From contig JAQTSV010000001.1 of assembly GCA_028711115.1 (NCBI GenBank), positions 1,111,005 through 1,175,004 on the forward strand: DNA of 64,000 nucleotides. The letters run 5' to 3'. Below are positions 56,252-64,000 of this stretch, in pieces. Numbering within the stretch: the stretch's first letter is position 1; each line of letters starts with the position of its first letter. The stretch comes from Candidatus Omnitrophota bacterium (GTDB taxonomy: Bacteria; Omnitrophota; Gorgyraeia; Velamenicoccales; JABMQK01). The notes below the pieces were generated by a model. It worked only from the letters and a program-made list of their open reading frames with translations. It was not told the origin of the DNA and did not search any database. The position numbers and the translations under genes were made by a program.

Positions 56252-57416
56252 TCGTTATTGCCTCCTCTATTTCTTTAATAATTGCTTCCTCGTAATTTAA
56301 TAACCCCCGGATACAGTTTATCTTATTGCACCCGATATCGAAACAAGGACGGCACCACACAGGTTTATAAATTATTTTTTTTATCAAACCTTTTGAAGTT
56401 TTTGTTTCTTCAACTATTATCTCGTCATTCTTTTTTCTTATATAAATATTTTTAGAATAAGGCCTCCACACACCAGGAAGGCCTGTACCAAAAAATATTA
56501 CTGCATTTGTAGGGATACTGAGGAAATGCGTTATGCCGGAATCGGCACCTACATAAAGCGAGCTCTTTGAAGCCATATAAAGAAGTTGCCATAAGGAAAG
56601 GTCTTTATCAATATACATAATCCGGTCGGTATTATCTTTAAGATAATCTTGGAATTCTTTTAAATTGGGCCGGTTAAGTTCGTCTATAATCAAGAAATTA
56701 ATTTTTTTAGCCGATAATCCTTTAATTATATCAGTATACAATTTAACGCAAGGCCCTCTGAAATTTTTGGCTCCAGCGATATTAATCATGATGAAAGGCA
56801 TTTTTAATGTTATTTCCTCGGGTTTCATCATCTTAGAAGTCAAATCTATATAATCCGGAATTTCTATGTCGACCTTCAAACTTTCTTTTATAATTTCTTG
56901 GAATGTCTCCAGGATGTGCTTTTTTGAGAAAAGCATAGAATTACTCTTGTGGGCATAATCCAGCAAAATATTAAAAGGGCCTGAATTTAAACCTGCATAA
57001 TATCGGCATTTATGTTCTTTCCTAAATTTAACAAGAAAATCAGCTTGCCGTATGCCATTAAGATCCAAATAGAGATCGTAGGCTGAGTCGCTCTTCGATG
57101 TTTTCTTGAACATCATAAAAAAAGCTTCAATTATTGCCATTATTTCTTCATAGATATAACGAGGTTTCTCTAAAATAATTTCGGTTTTAAAGAATGGTTC
57201 AAAAATAAAATTATTGCGTTTAGTGGTAAGAACTGTAATTTGGAAATACTTTTTTAATTCCAACAAAAACGGCAAAACAACAATTGCATCTCCAATTCTA
57301 TCAGCTTTATTGAGAAGGATGGTTTTTACGCCTTCTATTTGTTTCCTGGGCCTATAGATTAAGCCTACAAACTGAACAACCTTAGCAACTATCTTAATAA
57401 GTAATGATTTTAACAT
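56244..57416 (-). CDS. Glycosyltransferase family 9-like (heptosyltransferase-like).
   Basis: YVGADSGITHFLSIPTNAVIFFGTG matches the GT9 DSGxMHLA..P..LFGPT motif. Confidence 0.65.
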   Translation of the reverse strand: MLKSLLIKIVAKVVQFVGLIYRPRKQIEGVKTILLNKADRIGDAIVVLPFLLELKKYFQITVLTTKRNNFIFEPFFKTEIILEKPRYIYEEIMAIIEAFFMMFKKTSKSDSAYDLYLDLNGIRQADFLVKFRKEHKCRYYAGLNSGPFNILLDYAHKSNSMLFSKKHILETFQEIIKESLKVDIEIPDYIDLTSKMMKPEEITLKMPFIMINIAGAKNFRGPCVKLYTDIIKGLSAKKINFLIIDELNRPNLKEFQDYLKDNTDRIMYIDKDLSLWQLLYMASKSSLYVGADSGITHFLSIPTNAVIFFGTGLPGVWRPYSKNIYIRKKNDEIIVEETKTSKGLIKKIIYKPVWCRPCFDIGCNKINCIRGLLNYEEAIIKEIEEAITNG

Positions 57417-58345
57417 TTTCTCACATTCGCAAGTTCTATGTCACATATCCATCTGCACGGAGAATGGCAAACGAAATCCTTCTTATCTATCTTAAAATTG
57501 CTATCCTTGAGATTGCCGATATAAAATTTTCCCAAATCCAGAGGATTAACTAGTTCTTTATATTCAGGAGCAAAAATATAAAGCAGAGAAACCCCGCATC
57601 TATACACGCTTGCATCAGGCATCACCACTAGATACTTGGATCCTCCGTTGCATTTTTTAGGTAAATAATTATTATATTTCTCTCTATCGGCTAAATAATT
57701 TATTCCGTAAATCTGATATTGACCGATATTGCTTAAATCTCTCTTTAAATCTTCATATGCATCCAATCGGAAGAAATATCCTGTCTTTTTTTCAAAGAAT
57801 TCTTTATATTCACCGTATTTTTCTAAATTTTGTGGCGTTGCTATGTAGTTAACCATTATATTTTTAAGACCTTTGTTTTTAAGATAAAGCAGGCTCTTTA
57901 GAAACTCTTCTTTAATAATCATTTCGGGATGGAAGCTTGCCATTACCCTAAAACCTGACTTCTTTGCTTTTATCAGCACATCTAAATTCACAGAAAGATT
58001 AGTAATCACCTGGGAAATAATATGTTTCTTTGCCATTCCTTGGATTAATTTATCCATATCTTTATAGAGCAACGGTTCTCCTCCTCCGATAGTTACTAAG
58101 GAAGTGGGGAATTTATTAAACAGAGAAACCCATTCTTGGTAATCAATACGCGCGCATTTGCGAAAGTATGGATTAATATAATTTTTATTAAAGCAATAGG
58201 AACAGGAATAATTGCATTCCAAAAGAGGCGTAAAACCAATCCTGGGCGGAGAAAATGGTAAACGCGAATAAAACCTAGCCAAATGAAGCTTGGGCTTTTC
58301 GGGTAAGAACTTATTAGTTATCTGTACTAATTTTTTTATTAACAT
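57410..58345 (-). CDS. Short radical SAM protein, paralog of 55310-56251.
   Basis: CNYSCSYC motif. C-terminal KCNGG...RCGVS...CHSPCRWICD. Confidence 0.7.
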   Translation of the reverse strand: MLIKKLVQITNKFLPEKPKLHLARFYSRLPFSPPRIGFTPLLECNYSCSYCFNKNYINPYFRKCARIDYQEWVSLFNKFPTSLVTIGGGEPLLYKDMDKLIQGMAKKHIISQVITNLSVNLDVLIKAKKSGFRVMASFHPEMIIKEEFLKSLLYLKNKGLKNIMVNYIATPQNLEKYGEYKEFFEKKTGYFFRLDAYEDLKRDLSNIGQYQIYGINYLADREKYNNYLPKKCNGGSKYLVVMPDASVYRCGVSLLYIFAPEYKELVNPLDLGKFYIGNLKDSNFKIDKKDFVCHSPCRWICDIELANVRKC

Positions 58346-58350
58346 CAGAG

Positions 58351-59280
58351 TTATTTCTTAAATAAAATTCCCCTTAAAAAACCAATATGCCAACCCAATA
58401 CTGAAATTATTGAAAATATAAGAATAAAACTACTGCTTACGATACTCTTGGTCTTAACTAAAATAAATAAATAATAAAGAGCCAAAAACCAGAGAAACTT
58501 TAAGTTAATAAATAATAATACCAACATCAATAGAAAAAATAACGGAAAAACTTGTGCCTTCCTGAAAAAACCATATCTTTTTATCAAAACACCTTGCATA
58601 ACACCATATCTATACATCATAATTGAAAGTTTTCTGATAGACTGCGGCCGATAATGATATACAATGGCCTTGGGATTATACATAAACATAAGGCCTTGCA
58701 GTTTTAGGCGGTAATCCAAATCTACATCCTCGCCAGGCCACAGTTTTTCATCAAAACCGCCAACCCCCAAGAAAGCATCTTTTCGATACATAGCATTACA
58801 GGAAGGATTATGTCCGGTTTCTGACAAATCGCTGTTCTTTTTACCTTTGATATATCCACCTAAAAATCCTGCTAATTCAAAAAACTGCTGAACTCTCTTG
58901 CCAAAATTAGTTTCATCCTGAGGTGACAACTGATTTCCGCCTGTACCAGCAACTTTATCATTAATAAAACCACGCGAAAGTTCTTTCAGCCAATTTTTTT
59001 CTACTATGCAATCGCTATCAGTAAACGCCAGAAATTCACTTTTTGCTTTGCTTGCTGCGATATTGCGGCATCTCGACGGGCCAAAATGTTTATTTTCAAT
59101 TATGGTAATTTTATCTTTGTATCCGGATAAAATGTTTTTAGTATTATCTGTCGAACCGTCATCGACGATAAATACTTCATAATTTGTATAATCAATTTCA
59201 AGCAATGAATCTATACACTTCTTAATTGTTTTTTCTGAATTATACGCTGGAACGATTATGGAAATTAATGGTTCATTCAT
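58351..59280 (-). CDS. Glycosyltransferase family 2 with C-terminal TM helices.
   Basis: ISIIVPAYNSEKT...VFIVDDGSTDNT...DSD motifs. Confidence 0.8.
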   Translation of the reverse strand: MNEPLISIIVPAYNSEKTIKKCIDSLLEIDYTNYEVFIVDDGSTDNTKNILSGYKDKITIIENKHFGPSRCRNIAASKAKSEFLAFTDSDCIVEKNWLKELSRGFINDKVAGTGGNQLSPQDETNFGKRVQQFFELAGFLGGYIKGKKNSDLSETGHNPSCNAMYRKDAFLGVGGFDEKLWPGEDVDLDYRLKLQGLMFMYNPKAIVYHYRPQSIRKLSIMMYRYGVMQGVLIKRYGFFRKAQVFPLFFLLMLVLLFINLKFLWFLALYYLFILVKTKSIVSSSFILIFSIISVLGWHIGFLRGILFKK

Positions 59281-60707
59281 TTTTTAAACAAATAAGTAAA
59301 GAAATTTAAACCGCCTCTTAATTTTCGATAAATATCCGAGAAACTTCTATTCTTGAAAATAAAATTAAATATATAGCCCGGCCTTAAATAGAATTTCTTA
59401 AGCGCCGAGTCAACATAATGGTCGATTTCCCGGCTCGATAGATTCTCGTATTTTATTACTGCCGACTGCTCGCCCTGTTTTAACCAATCCTGCCAATTTT
59501 CTGATTTGAGCCAGCCTTTTTCTTTACAAATATCATAATACTCCGTCCCCGGAAACGGCACAGCCGCTGAGAATTGGACTGTGGTTAATCCTAACGCTAA
59601 AGCAAATTCGGTTGTTTCTTTAATCGTCTCTCTTGTCTCTCCGGGCAGACCGAATACAAAACAACCATGGACTTCCAAATTAGCTTTCTTTGCCGTTCTC
59701 ATAAATTCCCACATTTCGCCAACCTTGATACTTTTATTTACATTGTCCAATATTTTCTGGTCCACAGACTCAAATCCAACCAGTAATTCCCTGCAGCCCG
59801 CCTTTTTCATTATTCTAAACATCTCTAAATCATAAGAATCAACCCTGGCGTTTACGGAAAAAGTTATCTTAAGCCCGCGTTTCAGGATTTCCTCGCAAAT
59901 TCTAACCGCCCTGCCTTTATCGACGGTAAATGTATCATCTTCAAAAAAGAATTCACCACCCATTAAAACCTGGGGACAGAGTTTTATATCGCGCTCGATT
60001 TCATCAACCACGTTTTTAGGAGAACGCAAACGATAACGGGTTCCATGCATTACCTGTGGCCAAAGGCAGAAAATGCACTTGTTCGGACAGCCCCTGCCTG
60101 AAATAATATCGATGTATGGATAGAGTTTGCCTCCGTCGAAATATTTCATTAAATCCAGATGCTGCCAGGCAGGAAACGGTAAACTATCCAAATCTTCTAT
60201 AAATTCTCTTGCCTGTGTCAACTTTATTTCGCTGTTTTGACGATAGGCTATGCCTTTAACGTTTTCTAAATTGTCAAAATTTTTTATGATATCCCTTACA
60301 GTATAATCGTATTCTCCGATTGCTGCGATATCAACCGCTCCTTTTGATAATTCCAGGGTTTCTTTTGGTAAACTGCTTATGTGTGGGCCAACCATTATAA
60401 CTTTGGCACTACTTTCCTCTTTGCAAATCCTTGCGCACTCTATATCCGAATAAATGGATGGCGTAGTTGAATCCAAAACTACAAAATCGGGAGAAATTTC
60501 TTTAATAATCTTGCGCAATTTATTTTTATCCCAATCATTGGCAACAAAATCATATAGCTTAACATCGAAGTTTTCTTTCTCCAAAACCGCTGTGCAATAA
60601 GCTAACCAATCAGGCGCTCTCAGGACTCTTCCTCTGGTGCGAGCAGCCCAGCGCTGAGTACGGCAAAATCCTCTTACAAAAGGTTCATTAATTACAAAGA
60701 CTTTCAT
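59277..60707 (-). CDS. B12-binding-domain radical SAM protein.
   Basis: N-terminal B12-binding-like domain (KVFVINEPF...), then GRGCPNKCIFC. Confidence 0.8.
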   Translation of the reverse strand: MKVFVINEPFVRGFCRTQRWAARTRGRVLRAPDWLAYCTAVLEKENFDVKLYDFVANDWDKNKLRKIIKEISPDFVVLDSTTPSIYSDIECARICKEESSAKVIMVGPHISSLPKETLELSKGAVDIAAIGEYDYTVRDIIKNFDNLENVKGIAYRQNSEIKLTQAREFIEDLDSLPFPAWQHLDLMKYFDGGKLYPYIDIISGRGCPNKCIFCLWPQVMHGTRYRLRSPKNVVDEIERDIKLCPQVLMGGEFFFEDDTFTVDKGRAVRICEEILKRGLKITFSVNARVDSYDLEMFRIMKKAGCRELLVGFESVDQKILDNVNKSIKVGEMWEFMRTAKKANLEVHGCFVFGLPGETRETIKETTEFALALGLTTVQFSAAVPFPGTEYYDICKEKGWLKSENWQDWLKQGEQSAVIKYENLSSREIDHYVDSALKKFYLRPGYIFNFIFKNRSFSDIYRKLRGGLNFFTYLFKK

Positions 60708-60712
60708 TGGTA

Positions 60713-62107
60713 TTATAGCGGGATAGGAATAATATCTGCCCTAATCAATATCGATGGTAAGGCTATCTTCAAAGAAAATGCTAAGGATAATAAGATTACG
60801 GAAATGAAAAAAAGCCTCTGCAAACCTAAGCTTATTCCTAAATTTCTATTTTTCATCCATTCGTAAATTAAATTAAGGCAGTAAACAGAAAGCACAGAGA
60901 TGGCAGGATAAGCAATTAACATATAGCGCAATTCTTTGCCGGGTTTTAATGTCAGAAAAATAAAGACCACTGTAACCCATATTATAAGAAATTTTAAATA
61001 ACGGTATTGCTCGACTATTAATTTACCAAACCACTTAATTCTCTTACTCAGAATAAACATAGGAATAAATACAAATCCTAAAAGATATAGGGGAAACTGA
61101 AAGGGAATCAATATGAAATAGCTATACCATGGACGATTAGAAACCATGTTAAAAAAGAGACTCCAGTTCTTTGCAGGTTCCCATATTTCATTTACTCTGA
61201 AATATGATTGTGCTGTCTGGAGGCTAAAGTTTGAATAGTATAAATCAAACCACCATGCGCTCGCTATAAATACGCCGGCCAAAAAATATAAAATATTTCT
61301 ATCGAAAAAGAAAATTAACAGATTCCTAATATTGACTTTATCTTTTCTATGCTCTAATAAATGAAACAATAATATTACAAAAATAATATAAATGCCGCTC
61401 ATCTTGGTTAAAATGGAAATGCCGCAACTTAATCCTCCTAAAAGAGAAAATGCCGGCCTATTCTTCTTTAAGACATATAAATAAAGAATAACAGCCAAGG
61501 TAGCAAAAAGAGCTGTCATATCATCTGCCCAGATTTTATTTGCAGTCATCAAATCTGTAGGGGTTAGGCTTAAAAATAAAGCAGAAAGTAAGCCAACTTT
61601 GTGTGAAAAAAATAAACTTCCTAAAAAATATACTGCCAATATAAGTAATAAACTCGACAAGAGATTAACAAAACAGGCAAAGAATTGAAAAGCAGAATTC
61701 CTCAGCATTAAATAAATATCGTTTGATCCACTAACCAGATAAAACATCTTATTGGCAAATATCCTATGCGAAATTCCCAAAAGAAAAGGCAAGGCCGGCG
61801 GATGATGAGACAACGTCTCTCTTTCTCCTAAAAAACCTTCCAGGAGAGAGCCGACCTCCCTGTCTCCTTCGGCGATTATAATTAAATGCTCTTTAGGAAC
61901 CAATCCTCTGTCTACATAGAATAAATTATATTTTTGCTTTTTGAAGACATCTAAACCATATTTATCTGTCTTCATAGCCAGGGATATATGAATCAACTCG
62001 TCGTTATTGTAATGGGATAAAAAGAAAATGGGCAATCTGAATAGAATAGTTATAAATAAAAGCACTAAAAAACCGATCAGATATTTTTTATTAGAGGTCA
62101 GAAACAT
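60713..62107 (-). CDS. GT-C-fold glycosyltransferase, ArnT/PMT (GT83/GT39)-like polytopic membrane protein.
   Basis: More than 10 TM helices. HYNNDELIHISLAM acidic DE-type motif in the first periplasmic loop. Confidence 0.55.
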   Translation of the reverse strand: MFLTSNKKYLIGFLVLLFITILFRLPIFFLSHYNNDELIHISLAMKTDKYGLDVFKKQKYNLFYVDRGLVPKEHLIIIAEGDREVGSLLEGFLGERETLSHHPPALPFLLGISHRIFANKMFYLVSGSNDIYLMLRNSAFQFFACFVNLLSSLLLILAVYFLGSLFFSHKVGLLSALFLSLTPTDLMTANKIWADDMTALFATLAVILYLYVLKKNRPAFSLLGGLSCGISILTKMSGIYIIFVILLFHLLEHRKDKVNIRNLLIFFFDRNILYFLAGVFIASAWWFDLYYSNFSLQTAQSYFRVNEIWEPAKNWSLFFNMVSNRPWYSYFILIPFQFPLYLLGFVFIPMFILSKRIKWFGKLIVEQYRYLKFLIIWVTVVFIFLTLKPGKELRYMLIAYPAISVLSVYCLNLIYEWMKNRNLGISLGLQRLFFISVILLSLAFSLKIALPSILIRADIIPIPL

Positions 62108-63255
62108 TATTTTTTAGTTTTCATACCCAGCATATGCAAGAAAAATGAAGAAAAGATTGTCTGGATTCCGATAATAATAAATGTTGCTCCTAAAACCGCT
62201 TCCCTTACCCTCTCCAGGGGACCAAAGTGCTTCAATGTCCACTCGCTTAAAATCAGGAAATTAAAAATAAATCCAAACATAAATAAAACTATTCCGATAA
62301 AAATTCCTTTTTCTAATTTAAAATACCTCCACATAAATTGAAGGGTTTTGTCTTCATTCAAGAAACCGCTTATTACTCCGAATGTCTTGGCGAATAATCC
62401 CAGCATTATAATCTGTACTCCCAATATTGAAAAAAGACTGGCTAAGACCATGATATGGACATCCCATAGATGGCCCAAAATTACAATCGGACCGTATAAA
62501 AGAGAAAACATCAGAAATAATCCTACCAGGAAAAGTGCAATGCCCGGAAAAAGATATAACCAGGTTGGGCTGTAGATAAGCATAAAGTTAAAATGCCGCC
62601 ATGCGTCTCGGAGAGGAACTAACTTTGACTTTCCTTTACGCGGCAAATAACTCACCGGTATTTCCTTAATCTTTAAATTCTCCCTGATTGCTGCAATAAC
62701 CATTTCAGAAGCAAACTCCATTCCTAATGAATGCAACTCCATCTTTTTATAAGCCTTATCTGTAAAAGCCCTAATACCGCAATGCGCATCAGAAATATCC
62801 GTATTAAAGAAAAACCGCAAAACCCCGGAAAGTATGGGGTTGCCGATATATCTATTTGCCCAGGGCATAGCGCCTTTTTTTATCTCACCCTTGAATCGGG
62901 AACCGATTACAAAATCATATCCTTGTTTTATAGACGAGATAAACTTTCCTATCTCAGAGAAATCGTAGGTATTATCTGCATCTGCCATAACAATAATTTC
63001 GCCCTTAACCTCTTTAAAACCTCTTAAGTAAGCGCTGCCATAGCCTTTTTCCGGCTCAAAAACTACCTTTGCGCCCTCTTTCTGGGCAATAGCCACAGAA
63101 TTATCGCTAGAGCCATTATCTACAACTATAATTTCCCCGCGAATAGCCAAATCGCCTAAAACCTTCTTTGCTTCTTTAATACAAATACCCACTGTCTCTT
63201 CTTCGTTGAGGCAAGGCATGACAATCGAAACTTCAATATTATCGAATTCGCTCAT
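62107..63255 (-). CDS. Polyprenyl-phosphate glycosyltransferase (GT2; ArnC/DPM1/GtrB-like) with a C-terminal TM region.
   Basis: VSIVMPCLNEEETV...IIVVDNGSSDNS...VMADADNTYD, plus 4 C-terminal TM helices. Confidence 0.8.
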   Translation of the reverse strand: MSEFDNIEVSIVMPCLNEEETVGICIKEAKKVLGDLAIRGEIIVVDNGSSDNSVAIAQKEGAKVVFEPEKGYGSAYLRGFKEVKGEIIVMADADNTYDFSEIGKFISSIKQGYDFVIGSRFKGEIKKGAMPWANRYIGNPILSGVLRFFFNTDISDAHCGIRAFTDKAYKKMELHSLGMEFASEMVIAAIRENLKIKEIPVSYLPRKGKSKLVPLRDAWRHFNFMLIYSPTWLYLFPGIALFLVGLFLMFSLLYGPIVILGHLWDVHIMVLASLFSILGVQIIMLGLFAKTFGVISGFLNEDKTLQFMWRYFKLEKGIFIGIVLFMFGFIFNFLILSEWTLKHFGPLERVREAVLGATFIIIGIQTIFSSFFLHMLGMKTKK

Positions 63256-63340
63256 ATTTGCTTTCTGAATTAAAATAATTCTCTGACGACGATAAATTTA
63301 ATAAATATCCGAAAAACAAACCTGTCTTATTTTTAATATA

Positions 63341-63370
63341 AGGCCCCGCCGCATAAAAGTAGCGGAGCCT
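63341..63370 (-). terminator. GC-rich hairpin downstream of the small basic repeat-protein gene.
   Basis: GGCCCCGCCGC..GCGGAGCC imperfect inverted repeat flanked by A/T-rich sequence. Confidence 0.3.
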
Positions 63371-63391
63371 TATATGTAAGATAAGACCTTC

Positions 63392-63631
63392 TTATCTCTT
63401 TTTCCTCTTACCACCTCTTACCATTTTTGCGCAAGAGACGTCGCCTTTCTTGTCGACAAAATAGAGATAACCTTTCATTTTCTTTACCCCTACCTTTGCC
63501 ACCTTCTGAGGCTTTCCGCCTTTTTTCTTGCCTCTGGCCATCTTCGCGCAAGAAACATCACCTTTCTTATCGACGAAATAAAGATAGCCTTCTTTTCTCT
63601 TTATACCAACCTTTGCAACTTTCTGTGCCAT
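63392..63631 (-). CDS. Small, very basic protein made of two tandem ~38-aa repeats.
   Basis: QKVAKVG(I/V)K(R/K)(K/M)(E/K)GYLYFVDKKGDVSCAKM(A/V)RG occurs twice. Lys/Arg-rich tails. A GC-rich hairpin lies downstream. Confidence 0.45.
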   Translation of the reverse strand: MAQKVAKVGIKRKEGYLYFVDKKGDVSCAKMARGKKKGGKPQKVAKVGVKKMKGYLYFVDKKGDVSCAKMVRGGKRKKR

Positions 63632-63668
63632 TGTGTTTCACCTCCTTCCATATTGAATTTTTGAAGAT

Positions 63669-64000
63669 TTAATTTCCTATCTTTGCTGAATCAAAGATGC
63701 CTTTTAATACAGCCATTGCTGAAAGTGCTGCCAAATAACTGGTTTTAGGATTTTCTTTAAATGCGACGTTTTGAGAAATCGTCTTAAGCACACCTGCTTT
63801 GGATACAATCTCTATCTCGTGGTAATTATATTTATATTCCGGGGAAGTAATAATCTTTACTTTAGTCTTTTTTGCGCCAATTCCGGAGATGCTTAATAAT
63901 GCTGCCACATTTATATTCTGGGGAAAATATTTGATTGCAGATAACGCGGTTCCTTCAAAAATAACGGTTTCTTTCTTTATCTTATTTACATCAATACCTT
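63669..64000 (-). CDS. Hypothetical protein; the ORF continues without an ATG toward the window edge, so it is possibly 5'-truncated.
   Basis: The track ORF starts at a GTG. The frame stays open upstream for several codons. No family recognised. Confidence 0.25.
   Translation of the reverse strand, partial: GIDVNKIKKETVIFEGTALSAIKYFPQNINVAALLSISGIGAKKTKVKIITSPEYKYNYHEIEIVSKAGVLKTISQNVAFKENPKTSYLAALSAMAVLKGIFDSAKIGN

Noticed and set aside
1-64000. CRISPR arrays, integrases, transposases, toxin-antitoxin pairs or defence systems.
   Set aside because: None found. No spacer-repeat periodicity, no recombinase or transposase motifs and no candidate small paired ORFs were seen.

Overview
The window is AT-rich (roughly one-third GC by eye) and almost every gene lies on the minus strand, packed into operon-like arrays with overlapping stop/start junctions. 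A secretin (PilQ) and ExbB/ExbD-type proteins mark it as a diderm bacterium, probably uncultivated. There are four blocks.

(1) 1-3462: a radical SAM/SPASM maturase-like enzyme with an N-terminal extension, two small ORFs, and a large secreted repeat protein with a very Cys-rich C-terminal tail.

(2) 3464-7068: housekeeping genes. These are a MiaB-family methylthiotransferase, RsmE, an exported Memo-AMMECR1 fusion and tRNA-Ala(CGC).

(3) 7174-20795: a complete type IV pilus/pseudopilus locus. A small HTH gene leads it, followed by a PilM-PilN fusion, PilO, PilP-like, PilQ, PilB, PilC, two tandem major pilin genes and several minor pilins. It also holds two tandem 'cassettes', each pairing a small pilin-like protein with a large pilin-like fusion protein. 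The two fusions share a near-identical N-terminal pilin domain and a (Gly-Ser-Gly)n linker but have different C-terminal domains. One carries an intein-like Hint domain (blocks A, B, F, G recognisable; +1 residue is Lys). This Hint-bearing pilin cassette is the strongest candidate for an undescribed system. ExbB/ExbD, a giant TPR protein and UvrA lie beyond it.

(4) 27878-63255: a large cell-surface glycan locus. It encodes a nonulosonic-acid (NeuB/PseI, PseG-like, cytidylyltransferase, class III aminotransferase) type pathway, a carbamoyltransferase, WbqC, a PIG-L deacetylase and a Wzx flippase. It also has GT2, GT9 and GT-C transferases, a UbiA-type polyprenyl-phosphate pentose synthase and an ArnC/ArnT-like pair. 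Six radical SAM enzymes sit in this locus: two B12-binding, two SPASM, and two short paralogs each paired with glycosyltransferases.

No CRISPR array, integrase or transposase was recognised.
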